Below are positions 63,148 to 64,000 of a DNA stretch of 64,000 nucleotides, one piece after another (position 1 is the stretch's first letter; each line of letters starts with the position of its first letter). The stretch covers positions 1 through 64,000 of the IMG/VR virus record IMGVR_UViG_3300032893_000001; one strand, written 5' to 3'. The position numbers and the translations under genes were made by a program. This stretch comes from a virus. The notes beneath the pieces were generated by a model. That model had not been told where the DNA came from. It was given only the letters and a program-made list of their open reading frames with translations, and searched no databases.

Positions 63148-63999
63148 CTACGTTCCTGATGGTTTCGTGGCTCTGACGCGATTTTGCGGCTGCATCGCAG
63201 GCGGAAGAGCGCGATTTGCGCGAGGGTCCGCCAACTGCTCAGCCGACTCCACCCCAGATCGAATACCTCCTGCGAGGTAGGGGGCGCCCACGGTCGGTCC
63301 GGGCTTCCCCGTGGCGTGTGGAGGCACGAATCCCGGCAGCTCACCTACGAGGTCGTGGATGCCGAGAACGTCGCTCAGCGGGCGCTCGAAGAGGCCAGCG
63401 AGGGCAAGCGTATCGGCCACCGCCGCAGCATCCGAAGCCTTACGGAAGAGCTCTCGACCTGACGCGATCGCATCAGAAGCAGCCACGCTGTCGGAGAGGG
63501 AGACGAGAAGCAGCCGGTAGGCATCCGTCTTCGTAAAGTCGCTGACGGTTGCAGCTTCGACGGCTGCGCGCACGTACTCGACCTTGCGCAGCAAGACGTC
63601 TGAGGTCGTGATGCTGTCCGATAGAGAGACGTCCTTCACCTCCGTCTCGGCCAACGAGTCCGTCACCGAGGCAGCGTCTGCGATCGATACAGTGAAGAAA
63701 CGGAAGGGCTGAACAACGAGCGTGTCACTCGTTGCAAGGGCATCTGACGTCGACCTCGACGTCTGCGTACTACGAAGGGCTGCATCCGTCGCCGAGACCG
63801 CGTCCGTCTTACTGCGGAGGTACTGCGCATCTTTCTTCAGCGAGTCCGTCGCCGAGACCGCGTCCGATCGACTGATGTTCTTGGAGCTCGAGCGACTCGT
63901 TACATCCGAGACAGCGATCGAGTCTGAAAGAGAGATGTCTTCGCTCTTGCTCGTTCCCGCTTGAATCGACTCGGTGATGCCGACTGCATCAGTGAGCGG
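63148..63999 (-). CDS. C-terminal part of a repeat-containing structural (fibre-like) protein; start lies outside the window
   Basis: Frame open to the window edge; about 20-aa repeats with core (S/T)D(A/S)(V/I)x(A/V/T)(T/S)D. Confidence 0.65.
   Translation of the reverse strand, partial: PLTDAVGITESIQAGTSKSEDISLSDSIAVSDVTSRSSSKNISRSDAVSATDSLKKDAQYLRSKTDAVSATDAALRSTQTSRSTSDALATSDTLVVQPFRFFTVSIADAASVTDSLAETEVKDVSLSDSITTSDVLLRKVEYVRAAVEAATVSDFTKTDAYRLLLVSLSDSVAASDAIASGRELFRKASDAAAVADTLALAGLFERPLSDVLGIHDLVGELPGFVPPHATGKPGPTVGAPYLAGGIRSGVESAEQLADPRANRALPPAMQPQNRVRATKPSGT
63785..63866. repeat. 22-nt direct repeat at 60-nt spacing
   Basis: TCCGTCGCCGAGACCGCGTCCG at 63785 and 63845, encoding DAVSATD. 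Confidence 0.8.
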
Positions 64000-64000
64000 A

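Noticed and set aside
1-64000. tRNA/rRNA genes, integrase/att sites, host assignment
   Set aside because: None recognisable by eye; intergenic gaps are short; high GC alone cannot identify the host.

Overview
High-GC segment of a tailed (probably contractile-tailed) dsDNA bacteriophage genome; no host genes, integrase, tRNA, rRNA or CRISPR array are evident. Minus-strand blocks (1-33.6 kb, 38.6-43.9 kb, 63.1-64 kb) carry morphogenesis genes: tail sheath (truncated by the window), neck proteins, HK97-type major capsid, herpes/HK97-fold maturation protease, many low-complexity inner-head proteins, large terminase, baseplate spike and portal. They also carry a 2128-aa single-chain beta-beta' RNA polymerase. 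Plus-strand blocks carry a MoxR-AAA/VWA accessory operon (33.7-38.6 kb) and a replication/recombination module (44-63 kb: SF2 helicase, family-4 UDG, DnaB-like helicase, primase, Zn-rich SSB candidate, PolA, HU-like, RecA, Cas4-like, dNMP kinase, RusA). Most notable: (1) a pervasive K-x-A motif in about a dozen head-module proteins, suggesting a protease-addressed polyprotein system whose segments include glycine-zipper peptides and a ferritin-like di-iron domain; (2) the streamlined fused RNAP with a predicted rifampicin-insensitive pocket, plus a candidate GCAA-N15-17-GGWAYAAG promoter at four plus-strand operon starts; (3) a complete -1 frameshift signal in a head gene at 5.35 kb; (4) an HNH-AP2 endonuclease inserted in frame inside the dNMP kinase with no intein or intron scaffold. 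All family calls come from motif recognition by eye; no database search was run.
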